From assembly GCA_963746845.1 (NCBI GenBank), contig CAVVCZ010000004.1:864001-928000 (forward strand): 64,000 nt of DNA, in the 5' to 3' direction. The DNA comes from an uncultured Chloroflexia bacterium. Lineage in GTDB: Bacteria; Chloroflexota; Limnocylindria; Limnocylindrales; CSP1-4. The position numbers and the translations under genes are program-made. Positions 1-10,118 of this stretch are shown here, one piece after another. The number at the start of each line of letters is the position of its first letter. The stretch's first letter is position 1. The notes beneath the pieces are model-generated. The model ran no database searches, was not told the origin of the DNA, and was given only the letters and a program-made list of their open reading frames with translations.

Positions 1-300
1 GAAGAGCATCGAGCCGAGGTCGATCCGGTGCGCGAGACGCGCCAGACCGACCGTCGACACGATCGATGCGCGACGGGCGCTGAGGATCCCCTCGTCGTCG
101 GCGGGATGGGCGGCGAACAGGCCGTCCGAGATCGCCAGGTTGACGACCGCATCGCCGAGGAACTCGAGCCGTTCGTTGTGGCCGACTGCGTCGTCCGGGT
201 GTTCGTGCAGCCAGCTCGTGTGGACGAGCGCCTGGGTGATGAGGTCCGAATCGCCGACGGGGAGACCCAGCCGTTCCGCGAGGGCGGCGGCGGGTCGCAC
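1..300 (-). CDS. rnc: Ribonuclease III (5' part; runs off window start)
   Basis: Manual translation from GTG at 300 gives ...ITQALVHTSW...HNERLEFLGDAVV, the RNase III signature; follows acpP. Confidence 0.93.
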   Translation of the reverse strand, partial: MRPAAALAERLGLPVGDSDLITQALVHTSWLHEHPDDAVGHNERLEFLGDAVVNLAISDGLFAAHPADDEGILSARRASIVSTVGLARLAHRIDLGSMLF

Positions 301-317
301 GGCTCCCGGGGGCGGGC

Positions 318-554
318 CTAGGACGACCGCTCGTCGATGTAGTCGACCGCGTCCTGGACGGTCCGGATCTTCTCCGCGTCCTCGTCCGAGATCTCGGTCC
401 CGAACTCCTCTTCGAGGCTCATGATCAGCTCGACGAGGTCCAGCGAGTCGGCATTCAGGTCGTCGACGAACGATGCTTCCGGCTTGACCTCGTCCTCCTC
501 GACGCCAAGCTGCTCGACCACGAGCTTCTTCAGCCGCTCGTACGTGGTGGACAC
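318..554 (-). CDS. acpP: Acyl carrier protein
   Basis: [14 protein letters not shown] phosphopantetheine motif; GTG start after GAGGAGGGAG RBS. Confidence 0.97.
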   Translation of the reverse strand: MSTTYERLKKLVVEQLGVEEDEVKPEASFVDDLNADSLDLVELIMSLEEEFGTEISDEDAEKIRTVQDAVDYIDERSS

Positions 555-583
555 TGAGACTCCCTCCTCGGAGCTGGAGCCGG

Positions 584-1021
584 CTACCGGCCGACCGTGC
601 TGGCGATCCGCCCGAGAACGCCGTTCATGAGGCGCCGCATCGGGTCTCCACTGTAGGTGCGGGCGAGCTCGACCCATTCGGCGATGGCCACCCGGGCCGG
701 CGTCGGCGAGTGTAGCACCTCACCAATGGCGCTACGGAGGAGGGAACGGTCCATCGGCGCGAGCCCGCCGACCGGGTACTGGGGGGCCGTCCGGGCGATC
801 TCGGCGTCGATCGTGTCGCGGTGCTCGACGACGGCGGCGACGAGGAGGCGGGCGAGGTCGGCGGCCCGCGCATCGCCCTCCGTCTCGGCAAGGTGACGCT
901 CGAGGATCGCGGTCGCGGTCCGCTGACCGAAGTCGGCTTCGAAGACGGCCGCGAGCGCAAGGCGACGACCGGTCCGGAGCGCGCGGACGCGATCCGGGCC
1001 GGCGCTAGGCTCCGACGCCAT
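584..1021 (-). CDS. nusB: Transcription antitermination factor NusB
   Basis: DRSLLR...[15 protein letters not shown]...NGVL pattern; downstream of an Asp23 gene. Confidence 0.88.
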   Translation of the reverse strand: MASEPSAGPDRVRALRTGRRLALAAVFEADFGQRTATAILERHLAETEGDARAADLARLLVAAVVEHRDTIDAEIARTAPQYPVGGLAPMDRSLLRSAIGEVLHSPTPARVAIAEWVELARTYSGDPMRRLMNGVLGRIASTVGR

Positions 1022-1319
1022 CGACCGTCACCGTGACCGACTCGAGGCGCAGGCCCAGGAGCCGCTCGACGGCGGCGCCCACGGCGCCGCGGACCTCCTC
1101 GACGAGCTCCGTGAGCGCCTGGCCCGGACGGGCGACGATCCAGACGCGGATCCGGACCCCGTGGTCCGAGCAATGGGTGACGACGGCCGGACCGGCCAGG
1201 AGCGTCCGCCACGGCGGGCCGCCCCGGGACACGCGGGCGACGCCCGGGATCTCGAGGGCGGCGAGGCGCACGATCTCGTCGACGACGCCGCGGTTGACCG
1301 ACAGCTCGGGGCCGCTCAC
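1005..1319 (-). CDS. Asp23/Gls24 family envelope stress protein
   Basis: VVDEIVRLAALEIPGV...V.VTVDGV pattern; asp23-nusB synteny. Confidence 0.85.
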   Translation of the reverse strand: MSGPELSVNRGVVDEIVRLAALEIPGVARVSRGGPPWRTLLAGPAVVTHCSDHGVRIRVWIVARPGQALTELVEEVRGAVGAAVERLLGLRLESVTVTVDGVGA

Positions 1320-2422
1320 GTCGCGGGCTCCAGGGCCTCGCCGGGAGCGGCGACCCCGCCAGCGCCTCCCGGGGCCGTCGGGCGGAGGGCCTCGCCGATC
1401 ATCTCGGGCACCCGCGTCCGGGCCATCGTCGCGGCCACGTCCACGCCGAAGCCGACCATCCGCCGGCGGGCCCGGCCGTGGGTGATGATCACGGTGCCCC
1501 GGACGCCGAGGAGCGGCGATCCGCCGACCCGCTCGTAGTCGAAGACGCCGCGGATCCGGTCGATGCTCGGGCGCATCAGCAGCCCGGCGACCTTGCCCCG
1601 GAGCGACCCGCGGAACTCGCGCCGGAACAGGTCGAAGATGTAGCCGGACAGGCCCTCGAAGAACTTGATGACGACGTTGCCGACGACCGCGTCGCAGACG
1701 ACGACGTCCGCCTGATGACGGGTGAGGTCCTTGCCCTCGACGTTGCCGACGAAGTTCAGGTCGGTCTGGTCGAGGAGTTCGGTCGCCTGCTGGATCCGGA
1801 GGTCGCCCTTGCCCTTCTCCTCCCCGATCGAGAGGAGGGCGACGCGCGGCTTCGGGACGCCCAGGACCCGCTCGCTGAAGATCGAGCCCATGCGCGCGTA
1901 CTGGGCGAGGTTCTCGGCAGTCGAGTCGGGGTTCGCGCCGATGTCGAGGAGGACCAGCGTGCCACCGTCGGTGATCAGCTGGACCGCGAGGGCGGGGCGG
2001 TCGACACCCGGCAATCGGCCGAGTCGGAGGACCGCGGCGGCCATCCCGGCACCGGTGTGACCCGCCGTGACCAGCGCATCGGCCTCACCGCGCTTGACGA
2101 GGTCCATCGCGACGAGGATCGTCGAGTCCTTCTTCTCGCGGAGCGCCATCGCGGGGTGCTCGTCCATGCCGATGACCTCGGATGCATGGACGATCGACAC
2201 GTTCGGCGGCAGCTCGCCGGCGATGCCGCGGATGGTCGACGTGTCGCCGACGAGGATCACCCGATCGCGGGGGCTGGCCCGGGCGTGGTCGATGGCGCCG
2301 GGGACGACCTCCGTCGGGCCGTGGTCCCCGCCCATCGCGTCCACCGCGATCGTGACGCCGCGCGCATCACCGGAGGGTGCTCCGGCGGGCGACGGGTTCG
2401 GCCGATCGAGCGCGGCGACCAC
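1316..2422 (-). CDS. plsX: Phosphate acyltransferase PlsX
   Basis: IAVDAMGGDHGP, AGHTGA, DRPALA, LDIGAN, GNVEG motifs. Confidence 0.96.
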   Translation of the reverse strand: MVAALDRPNPSPAGAPSGDARGVTIAVDAMGGDHGPTEVVPGAIDHARASPRDRVILVGDTSTIRGIAGELPPNVSIVHASEVIGMDEHPAMALREKKDSTILVAMDLVKRGEADALVTAGHTGAGMAAAVLRLGRLPGVDRPALAVQLITDGGTLVLLDIGANPDSTAENLAQYARMGSIFSERVLGVPKPRVALLSIGEEKGKGDLRIQQATELLDQTDLNFVGNVEGKDLTRHQADVVVCDAVVGNVVIKFFEGLSGYIFDLFRREFRGSLRGKVAGLLMRPSIDRIRGVFDYERVGGSPLLGVRGTVIITHGRARRRMVGFGVDVAATMARTRVPEMIGEALRPTAPGGAGGVAAPGEALEPAT

Positions 2423-2423
2423 C

Positions 2424-2624
2424 TCAGGAGGCGGTGTCGGTCGCGGTCTGCTTGAGCTCGATCGCCTGGCGGCCCTGATACCAGCCGCAGTTCGGGCAGA
2501 CGTGATGCGGCAGCTTCGGCTCGTGGCAGTGATCGCATTCCACGAGCTGCGGCACGCTCAGCGCCAGGTGCGCGCGGCGCTCGCCCTGCCGGGCGTGCGA
2601 GACGCGACGCTTCGGAACACCCAC
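2424..2624 (-). CDS. rpmF: 50S ribosomal protein L32 (Zn-ribbon form)
   Basis: MGVPKRRVS...CDHC...PHHVCPNCGWY. Confidence 0.97.
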   Translation of the reverse strand: MGVPKRRVSHARQGERRAHLALSVPQLVECDHCHEPKLPHHVCPNCGWYQGRQAIELKQTATDTAS

Positions 2625-2783
2625 GGTCCGTGGTCTCCTTCGATGTCAATGGTCGGAGTCGCCTGATCGGCGGCCGAGGGTCCGGGACGCGCCGAGAGGC
2701 CCGCCGGTCGGCGGGGTCGAGCGCGGAGTGTACCCGATGGCTGGCCCAACCGCGACCGTACGGGCCGCCAGTCCCGGGCCGGT

Positions 2784-3374
2784 TCAGTCGTCGGACGCGG
2801 GCTGGAACGCCTTCAGCGCTTCGAGCCGCGGATCGATGTCCTCGTCCGGGTGATCGTGGGCCCCGTCATCGAGCCGCTCGCCGCAGACGAGACAGAGACC
2901 CGGGCAGTCGTCGCGGCAGAGCGGCGCGATCGGCTCCGCCAGCAGGATCGCCTCGCGGACCGACCGCTCGAGGTCCAGCTCGTGATGATCGGACAGCCGG
3001 ATCACGTCCTCGTCGAGCTCCTCCTGGGTCGGCACGATCACGGCGCCGCTGTGAATGTCGATCGAGGGCAGCGCCTCGGCCCGGATCTCGACGGCGATCG
3101 GGACGTTGATCTCGCGGAGGCAGCGCGCGCACACCTCGGCCAGCGATGTCGTGATGTCGGCGTCGACCAGCAGCCCACGGTTCGTGCGGGAGAGATGAAG
3201 CCGGCCCTCGATCGGCGACGCGAGCTGCAGGTCCTCGCCGAGATCGACCGTGACGCCCTCGAAGACGTAGTCGCGGGCGGCCCCGGGGCCCTCCCCGAGG
3301 AGGCCCGCGACGTTCCAGACGAGCGGCTGGTCATCGGTCGCCCGGGCGGTGCCCGGGCGATCCCGGTCGGTCAT
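2784..3374 (-). CDS. yceD: DUF177/YceD family protein
   Basis: CARCL and LCRDDCPGLCLVCG, IDPRLEAL; upstream of rpmF. Confidence 0.92.
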   Translation of the reverse strand: MTDRDRPGTARATDDQPLVWNVAGLLGEGPGAARDYVFEGVTVDLGEDLQLASPIEGRLHLSRTNRGLLVDADITTSLAEVCARCLREINVPIAVEIRAEALPSIDIHSGAVIVPTQEELDEDVIRLSDHHELDLERSVREAILLAEPIAPLCRDDCPGLCLVCGERLDDGAHDHPDEDIDPRLEALKAFQPASDD

Positions 3375-3973
3375 CGCCGGGCAGTCGCGGCCGCGCCCTC
3401 GTCGTCCGGGACGTCGATCGGGATCCCGTCGTCGTAGCCGTCGTCCGGCCCGACGCCGTTCAGCTCGTCGGCGCGGAGATCCGCCCGCCGCGTGTCCAGG
3501 AGGTCGATGCCCTTCTTGATGCTCTGGAGGGTCTTGACGACGTCGCCCTCCAGCCCCACGAGGACGTTGACGGCGTACTCATCGGCGCCGCGTCGGATGT
3601 CCTCGGCGTCGGCCTCCGCCTCGCCCAGGATCCGCCGGCTGTCGGCCTCGGCCTGCTGGGTCAGGCCGCGCTCGTCGATGAGGAAGGCGGCCTGCTCCTG
3701 GGCCCGAGCGACGATCCGCTCGGCCTCCTCCTGGGCCTTCTCGATGATCCGTTCGCCCTCGGAGTTGATCCGCTTCGCGGCGCGGACCTCCTCGGGCACG
3801 GCGACCCGGAGCTCGTCGATCAGGCCGAGCGCGGCCGCCTGGTCCACCACGACGTTGTTCGTCAGGGGCAGCTTCTTGCCGTTCGCGATGATCGACTCGA
3901 GGCGCTCGACGAGGAAGATGATGTCGATCGGAGGGCCCTCCGTGGCGTCGATCGATCGCCGGCGACGGGCCAC
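3371..3973 (-). CDS. SepIVA/DivIVA-like coiled-coil protein
   Basis: Coiled-coil EAERIVARA-type repeats, ADEYA motif; conserved coaD-X-DUF177 position; start uncertain. Confidence 0.75.
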   Translation of the reverse strand: MARRRRSIDATEGPPIDIIFLVERLESIIANGKKLPLTNNVVVDQAAALGLIDELRVAVPEEVRAAKRINSEGERIIEKAQEEAERIVARAQEQAAFLIDERGLTQQAEADSRRILGEAEADAEDIRRGADEYAVNVLVGLEGDVVKTLQSIKKGIDLLDTRRADLRADELNGVGPDDGYDDGIPIDVPDDEGAAATARR

Positions 3974-4048
3974 GCCCGCGCGCCAGGACGTCGCGGGGAT
4001 TATCGCACGGCCGAAACGCTCCGGCGCCCTCTCGCGGCGGCGTGGAGG

Positions 4049-4546
4049 TCAGTCGAGGCCGAGTGTCCGGCGCAGCGCCGCACCGGCCGCCGACGGGATC
4101 ATCCCGCTCACGTCGCCACCGAACGATGCGATCTCCTTGACGAGGGACGACGACACGTAGCCGTGCTCGACAGCGGTCATGAAGAAGACGGTGTCGACGG
4201 CCGGGGCGAGGCGGCGGTTGTTGTGGGCAAGCTGCATCTCGGTCTCGAAGTCGCTGATCGCGCGCAGGCCGCGGACGATGAACCCGGCCCCCGTCCGGCG
4301 GCAGAAGTCGACGGTCAGGCCGTCGAACGTGTCGACCGTCACCTTCGCCCGGTCGAGCCCGGCCTCCTCGGCGAGCGACGCGCGGATGATCGCGACCCGT
4401 TCGTCCGTGGACAGGAGGGGCTGCTTCCGGGGGTTGGCGAGGACGCCGACGATCACCCGGTCGAAGACACCGGCCGCCCGGCCGATGACGTCCAGGTGGC
4501 CGTTCGTGATCGGATCGAACGAGCCGGGATACACCGCGATCGTCAT
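4049..4546 (-). CDS. coaD: Pantetheine-phosphate adenylyltransferase
   Basis: YPGSFDPITNGHLD, RGLRAISDFE, SSSLVKE. Confidence 0.97.
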   Translation of the reverse strand: MTIAVYPGSFDPITNGHLDVIGRAAGVFDRVIVGVLANPRKQPLLSTDERVAIIRASLAEEAGLDRAKVTVDTFDGLTVDFCRRTGAGFIVRGLRAISDFETEMQLAHNNRRLAPAVDTVFFMTAVEHGYVSSSLVKEIASFGGDVSGMIPSAAGAALRRTLGLD

Positions 4547-5127
4547 CGTGGCTCGCCGCCCTCCGTGCGCCGGTAGAAGGTGAGCGCCGTCTCGCCGAAG
4601 CGGCGATCGCGTTCGACCGCCAGCATACCCAGCCGCTCGGGGGGGCGGTCGCGCCAGAAGTGCTTGGCGACGACGCGGGCGTCGTCCGCCAGCGGTGCAT
4701 CCGGGGAGCCGAGGATCGCGAGGACCCGCCGGAGGACGTCGGTGTCCGCGTACGGCGGATCGACGACGACGATGTCGAACGGGGCAGCGAACGGGCCGCC
4801 GTCGAGCCAGCGCAGGGCGTCCGAGCGGACGACCACCGCGCGGTCGCCGTCGAGATGGGTGGCCCGCAGGTTCGCCTCGATGACCGCGGCCGCACCACCG
4901 TCCTTCTCCACGAACGTCGCCGCGGCCGCGCCTCGCGACAGACCCTCGATCCCGGCGGCGCCGCTGCCCGCGAACAGATCGAGGACCCGCGCGCCGTCGA
5001 TGTCCGGCTCCAGGATCGCGAACAACGTCTGCTTCACGCGATCCGCGAACGGCCGCGTGCCGGGTCCGGGCGCCCGGAGCCGGATCCCCTTCGCCGAGCC
5101 GGCGATGACCCGCCCGGCGTCAGCCAT
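4543..5127 (-). CDS. rsmD: 16S rRNA m2G966 methyltransferase
   Basis: RVIAG, TRP..DRVK, LDLFAGSG, DPPY; rsmD-coaD synteny. Confidence 0.94.
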   Translation of the reverse strand: MADAGRVIAGSAKGIRLRAPGPGTRPFADRVKQTLFAILEPDIDGARVLDLFAGSGAAGIEGLSRGAAAATFVEKDGGAAAVIEANLRATHLDGDRAVVVRSDALRWLDGGPFAAPFDIVVVDPPYADTDVLRRVLAILGSPDAPLADDARVVAKHFWRDRPPERLGMLAVERDRRFGETALTFYRRTEGGEPR

Positions 5128-5136
5128 GCCGGTTCG

Positions 5137-7383
5137 TCATGCGCCGCTCGCTGGATCGCCGGCCCAGACGCGCTCCAGCCAGCCCCGCTCCAGCTCGCGG
5201 CGGAGCGGCGCCGCCTCCGGGGAGAGGCGCCCCGCGGCATCCAGGAGCGCCTCGGCCTGGTCGCGGGCGCGCTTCGCGAGCGCCACGTGCTCGCGGTTCT
5301 GGAGCGACGCGACCCGCAGCCGGGGCAGACCGGACTGCGCCAGGCCCAGGACGTCGCCCTCCCGGCGGAGCTCGAAGTCCTTCTCGGCGAGCTCGAACCC
5401 GTCGCGGATCTCGGTGACGGCCTTCAACCGCGCCTGCGCCGTCTCGTCGGTCGTGTCCGACACCAGGACGCAGAAGCTCTCGACCGTCCCGCGTCCGACG
5501 CGGCCGCGGAGCTGGTGGAGCTGGGCGAGACCGAACCGGTCGGCGCCCTCGACGATCATCATCGTCGCCTCCGGGACGTCGACCCCGACCTCCACCACGG
5601 TGGTCCCGACGATCACGTCGAGCTCGCCGTCGCGGAACCGGGCCATCTCCGCATCGCGGTCGGCGGCCTTCATCCGGCCGTGGACCATCCCGACGCGGAG
5701 CGGGGCGAGGAGCTCGCGCAGCCGCACCGACTCGGCCTCGGCGGCGGGTGCCGACGTGTCGAAGACGGTGGGCTCGGCGTCGTCGCCCGGCTCCGCCTCG
5801 TCGATCAGCGGGACGACGACGAACGTCCGGCCACCGGCCGCCGCCTCCGCGCGAACGCGCTCCCACGTCGAGGCAAGCTGGTCCGGATGCCGGATGCCGG
5901 TCCGGATCGGGATCCGGCCCGCGGGCGGCGTGCGGAGGTCCGCGACGTCGAGGTCCGCGTACAGGACCTGGCCGAGGGTCCGCGGGATCGGGGTGGCGGT
6001 CATCAGCAGGACGTGCGGCGCATGGCCGCCGGCCTTCGCCTCGAGCTGGCCGCGCTGCTCGACGCCGAACCGGTGCTGCTCGTCGATGACGACGACGCCG
6101 AGCCGGGCGAACTCGACCTTCTCCTGGATGAGCGCGTGCGTCCCGACGACGACCGGCGCCTGGCCGGACCTGACGAGCTCGCGGACCCGGCTCGCGGCGG
6201 CCGCGGTCTGCGATCCCGTCAGCAGCTCGACCGCGATGCCGGCGTCCTCGAGCAGGCTCGCCAGCGTCGCGTGGTGCTGCCGGGCGAGCAGGTCGGTCGG
6301 CGCGAGGAGCGCGCCCTGGCCACCGGCGAGCGCGGCAGCGCCGAGCGCCCACGCCGCGACCGCAGTCTTGCCGCTCCCGACATCGCCCTGGAGCAGGCGG
6401 AGCATCGGCGTCGGCCGAGCGAGGTCCGTCCGGATCGCCTCGATCGCCACGTCCTGGTCCGTCGTCAGGTCGACGTCCTCGCCGAGCTTGCGCCGGATCG
6501 AGCCGAGGATCGACGCCCGGAGTGCCGCGTCCGTCGCGTCGTCGGCCTCGATCGGCTCGGCGGCGTCCCGGCCGCGCTGGCGGCGCCGGCCGACCATCCC
6601 GAGCTGGAGCGCGAGCAGCTCGTCGAAGGCGAGGCGGCGGAGGGCGGCGTCGCGGCCCTCGAACGAGGCCGGGTAGTGGGCCTCCTCGAGCGCGCCGACG
6701 ATCCCGGTCAGCTCCTCGGCCTCGCGGATCCGGGCGGGCAGGTACTCCTCGTAGCCGGAGCCGGCCCGGTCGAGCGCCTCGCGCATCGCGATCCGCAGCC
6801 GGGCGGCGGTGAGCCCGGCCGTGAGCCGGTACACCGGCACGATCCGCCCGACGTGGAGCATCTCGTCGTCGCGCCCGACCGGCTGGAAGTCGGGGTTGTC
6901 GATCGTCAGCTTCCGGCCGAACCGCTTGAGCTTCCCCGAGACGATGATCTCGGCGCCGGGGAACAGACGTCGCTCGATGTAGCGGCGGCCGAACCACGTC
7001 GCCTCGACCGTTCCGGTCGGGTCCTCGAGGACCGCGATCGTCCGCTGGATCCGACGGCGGAACGAGGGCTCGACCCGGACGTCCGCGACGTGGACGCGCG
7101 CGCTGACGACCGTCCCCTCCTCGACCCAGGCGAGCTCGCCCAGCTGCTTCATCTCGCGCAGGTCGTCGTACCGACGGGGCAGGTGGAACAGGAGCTCGCG
7201 AACGGTCAGGAACCCGATCCGACGGCCGGCCCGCTGGAGGAGGCTCGCCGCGCCGAGCCCGGAGTCCTTGAGCATCGTGTCGAGGAGCTCCGCCGGATCG
7301 GTCGGCGGCGGCGGGGCGGCGGGCTTGCGGGGGGCGCCCGCCGGCGCCGGCCGCGTGGGTCGTCTCGTGCCGGGGCCGGTCAC
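5137..7383 (-). CDS. recG: ATP-dependent DNA helicase RecG
   Basis: LLQGDVGSGKT, DEQHRFGV, MTATPIPRTL, QLRGRVGRG. Confidence 0.97.
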   Translation of the reverse strand: MTGPGTRRPTRPAPAGAPRKPAAPPPPTDPAELLDTMLKDSGLGAASLLQRAGRRIGFLTVRELLFHLPRRYDDLREMKQLGELAWVEEGTVVSARVHVADVRVEPSFRRRIQRTIAVLEDPTGTVEATWFGRRYIERRLFPGAEIIVSGKLKRFGRKLTIDNPDFQPVGRDDEMLHVGRIVPVYRLTAGLTAARLRIAMREALDRAGSGYEEYLPARIREAEELTGIVGALEEAHYPASFEGRDAALRRLAFDELLALQLGMVGRRRQRGRDAAEPIEADDATDAALRASILGSIRRKLGEDVDLTTDQDVAIEAIRTDLARPTPMLRLLQGDVGSGKTAVAAWALGAAALAGGQGALLAPTDLLARQHHATLASLLEDAGIAVELLTGSQTAAAASRVRELVRSGQAPVVVGTHALIQEKVEFARLGVVVIDEQHRFGVEQRGQLEAKAGGHAPHVLLMTATPIPRTLGQVLYADLDVADLRTPPAGRIPIRTGIRHPDQLASTWERVRAEAAAGGRTFVVVPLIDEAEPGDDAEPTVFDTSAPAAEAESVRLRELLAPLRVGMVHGRMKAADRDAEMARFRDGELDVIVGTTVVEVGVDVPEATMMIVEGADRFGLAQLHQLRGRVGRGTVESFCVLVSDTTDETAQARLKAVTEIRDGFELAEKDFELRREGDVLGLAQSGLPRLRVASLQNREHVALAKRARDQAEALLDAAGRLSPEAAPLRRELERGWLERVWAGDPASGA

Positions 7384-7387
7384 TCCC

Positions 7388-9235
7388 CTACTCGGCCGCG
7401 ATCAGGTAGCGGTAGTGCGGCTGGCCCCCGTGGACGACCTCGAACTCGGCACCGAGCTGCTCGCCGATCCGTCGCGCGATCGCCTCGGCCTCCAGGAGCG
7501 TCGCGTCCTCGCCGTAGTAGAGCGTGACCAGCTCGGTCCCGGCGGGGAACGTCTCGACGGCCTTGAGGACGGCTCGGTCCCGGTCCTTGTCGGCGGCGAC
7601 GAGCCCGTCATCCGGATCGAGCGCGATCGTCTGGCCCTTCCGGACCTTCATCCCGCCGATCTTCGCGTCGCGCACGGCCTCGGTCACCTGGACCGTCGCG
7701 AGGCCGCGGCCGGCGGCCGTCATCGGCTCGACGTTCGCGGCCGCGTCGCCGTCCGGATCGAACGCGAGGAGCGCCGCGACCCCCTCGGCCGCGTTCCGCG
7801 TCGGGACGACGACGAGGCGTCGGTCGTCGCAGATCCGCGCGGCCTGCTCGGCGGCGAGTCGGACGTTCGGGTTGTTCGGGAGCAGGATCACCTCGCGAGA
7901 CTTCGCCAGGCGCGCGATCTTCAGCAGCTCGCCCGTGCTGGGATTGGCCGTCTGGCCGCCGCGGACGATGTGCGAGACGCCGAAGTCGCGGAACAGCTTC
8001 TCGAGGCCGTCGCCCGCGACGACCGCGACGATCGCGGGGCCGAGCGCGGGGTCGATCTCGACGGGTGCCGGGCCGTGGGCACCGTTGCCGGAGGGCTCGG
8101 TCAGGTCGTCGCCCACGACCGGCTTCGTCGGGACGTCCACCGTCGGCGTCGTCGACCTCCGCGTGCGCTTCGGTCCCTCGGCCACGGCGACCGACACGCC
8201 GGCCGGCGTCGCCGAAGCCCCTCCCGCACCGTGGGCCCCGACGAACTCCGATGCCCGTGCTTCGCGGACGTCGTCGGCCATCGTGTCGAGGTTCTCGACC
8301 GTGATCCGCGTCAGCGTACCGAGCGACAGGCCGAAGGCGATCACCTCGTCGGGTCGCTCGTTGTGGACGTGGACCTTGACCATCGCGCCGTCCCCGCCGA
8401 CGAGGACGGAGTTGCCGATCGCCTCGAGACGGGCCTGGATCGCCGGAACGTCCAGGGTCGTGTCCGGCGTGGCCGTGAGGATGAAGACCGTCTCGTAGCC
8501 GAACGCGTCCTCCTCGAGGGCCGCGATGCCCGATCGGAAGGCGGGCGCGACCGCGTGCCGGTCCTCGGCGTGGGCGGCAGCCGCGGCGGCGAGTCCGGCC
8601 GATCCGTGGACCGGCTTGCCCTGGACGCTGAGCAGCGCGCCTTCGAACAGCCGGAACAGGCCCTGCCCGCCGGAGTCGACGACGCCGGCCTCGCGCAGGA
8701 TCGGGAGCAGGGACGGCGTCTTCGCCACGGAGCGGCGTGCGCCCTCGACGGTGGCCGCGAGGACGGTTTCCATCCGGTCGTCGCGCTCGGCCGCCTCGAC
8801 CGCCGCGGCCGACGACTCGCGGATCACCGTGAGGATCGTGCCCTCGACGGGCTTGCCGACCGCGCCGTATGCCGTCTGGGTCCCGATCGCCAGCGCGTTC
8901 GCGAGGTCGAGGCCGTTGAACCGCTTCTTGCCCGCGAGCCCCTCCGCGACGCCACGCAGGATCTGGCTCGTGATCACGCCGGAGTTGCCGCGGGCGCCCA
9001 TCAGCGCCCCGTGGCTCACGGCCGCCGCGATCCGCTCGGCGGAAGCGTCGCGGCCGGCCGCCTCGGCCTCCTCGAGCGCCGCGCGCACGGTCGCGACCAT
9101 GTTCGTGCCGGTGTCGCCGTCCGGGACCGGGAACACGTTCAGCGCGTTGATCTCGTCGACGCTCGCCTCGAGATTGGCGACCGCGCTGCGGATCGCCTCG
9201 AGCAGACCCGCCCCGGTGCAGTGGCTCCGCGCCAT
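7388..9235 (-). CDS. fakA: DAK2-domain fatty acid kinase subunit A (YloV/FakA)
   Basis: INALNVFPVPDGDTGTNM, GARGNSGVI, GGQTANPST, GGQPHY; ATG at 9235 overlaps upstream stop. Confidence 0.93.
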   Translation of the reverse strand: MARSHCTGAGLLEAIRSAVANLEASVDEINALNVFPVPDGDTGTNMVATVRAALEEAEAAGRDASAERIAAAVSHGALMGARGNSGVITSQILRGVAEGLAGKKRFNGLDLANALAIGTQTAYGAVGKPVEGTILTVIRESSAAAVEAAERDDRMETVLAATVEGARRSVAKTPSLLPILREAGVVDSGGQGLFRLFEGALLSVQGKPVHGSAGLAAAAAAHAEDRHAVAPAFRSGIAALEEDAFGYETVFILTATPDTTLDVPAIQARLEAIGNSVLVGGDGAMVKVHVHNERPDEVIAFGLSLGTLTRITVENLDTMADDVREARASEFVGAHGAGGASATPAGVSVAVAEGPKRTRRSTTPTVDVPTKPVVGDDLTEPSGNGAHGPAPVEIDPALGPAIVAVVAGDGLEKLFRDFGVSHIVRGGQTANPSTGELLKIARLAKSREVILLPNNPNVRLAAEQAARICDDRRLVVVPTRNAAEGVAALLAFDPDGDAAANVEPMTAAGRGLATVQVTEAVRDAKIGGMKVRKGQTIALDPDDGLVAADKDRDRAVLKAVETFPAGTELVTLYYGEDATLLEAEAIARRIGEQLGAEFEVVHGGQPHYRYLIAAE

Positions 9236-9681
9236 CAGGCGACGTCGGTCCCGCTCGCGGCGAGGTCGTCCGGGGCGATGCCGTCGGCAAGGCCCGGACG
9301 TCCATCGACGGGACCGCCGGGCAGCGCCTCCAGCGGCGAGGTCCGCAGGCCGTCGACGTGGATCGTGAGCCTGGCGACCTCGCGCCCGAGCGCGCGCCGG
9401 ATCGTGTAACGGACCGCGGAGTCGACCTGGCGGGCGACCTCGGCGACCGGGAGCCCGTGGGCGATCGTCAGGTCGAGATCGACCGTGAGCTCCGGGGCCA
9501 GGCCGATCCGGATCCCGCGGGGCGGGATCCCGAGCCACTCGCCGACGCGGTCCGACCACCGGGCGCCGGCGAACCCCGTGACCCCGTAGGAGCCGAGCGT
9601 CGCGGCGCGGACGAGATCGGTCAGCGCACGACGGCTCACGAGCGAACGGCCGGGGAGTGGGGTGAGCGGGTCGGTCGGCAC
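9235..9681 (-). CDS. Asp23/Gls24 family protein (YloU-like)
   Basis: AATLGSYGVTG...GLPVAEVA..V...IHVDG; rpmB/yloU/yloV synteny; GTG after GAGGGAGG. Confidence 0.85.
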   Translation of the reverse strand: MPTDPLTPLPGRSLVSRRALTDLVRAATLGSYGVTGFAGARWSDRVGEWLGIPPRGIRIGLAPELTVDLDLTIAHGLPVAEVARQVDSAVRYTIRRALGREVARLTIHVDGLRTSPLEALPGGPVDGRPGLADGIAPDDLAASGTDVA

Positions 9682-9846
9682 GCCGCGGGCATCCTCCCTC
9701 AGGCTGGGTCGTGGACGCGCGCTGGCCTCGAGCGCGAAGCGGGTGCTATCATACCGCCCCGCTCGCGCCTTCCGGCCGGGCCCGTCCGTGCGTCCGCGTC
9801 CGGACTCCAGCTGATCAACCCGCTTCCACGTCGTTCGAGGACCATG

Positions 9847-10044
9847 ATGGCCCGCTCCTGTGCGATCTGCGGCAAGGTGTCGATGGGCGGCTTCAACCCG
9901 CAGTCGTCGGGGATGAACCGCGTCCGCGCCCACCGCCGTTACCAGCCGAACCTCCAGCCGTACACGATCCGCGAGAACGGCTCGGAGAAGAAGGCGCTCG
10001 TCTGCACCCGCTGCCGCCGGACCGCGCTGAAGTCCGCCAAGTAG
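9847..10044 (+). CDS. rpmB: 50S ribosomal protein L28
   Basis: MARSCAICGK...QPNLQ...VCTRC; divergent from yloU. Confidence 0.92.
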   Translation: MARSCAICGKVSMGGFNPQSSGMNRVRAHRRYQPNLQPYTIRENGSEKKALVCTRCRRTALKSAK

Positions 10045-10118
10045 CGTCTCGGCCGCCGCGAGCGGCACGTTCACGATCCGACGCCCGGCCGACGCCGGGC
10101 GTTTCCGTGTCCGGCTCC

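Noticed and set aside
4580-9409. Very long + strand ORFs opposite recG/fakA (similar ones opposite ileS, GH13, tpiA-yvcK)
   Set aside because: Antisense shadows typical of high-GC DNA; Arg/Ser/Pro-rich with no motifs
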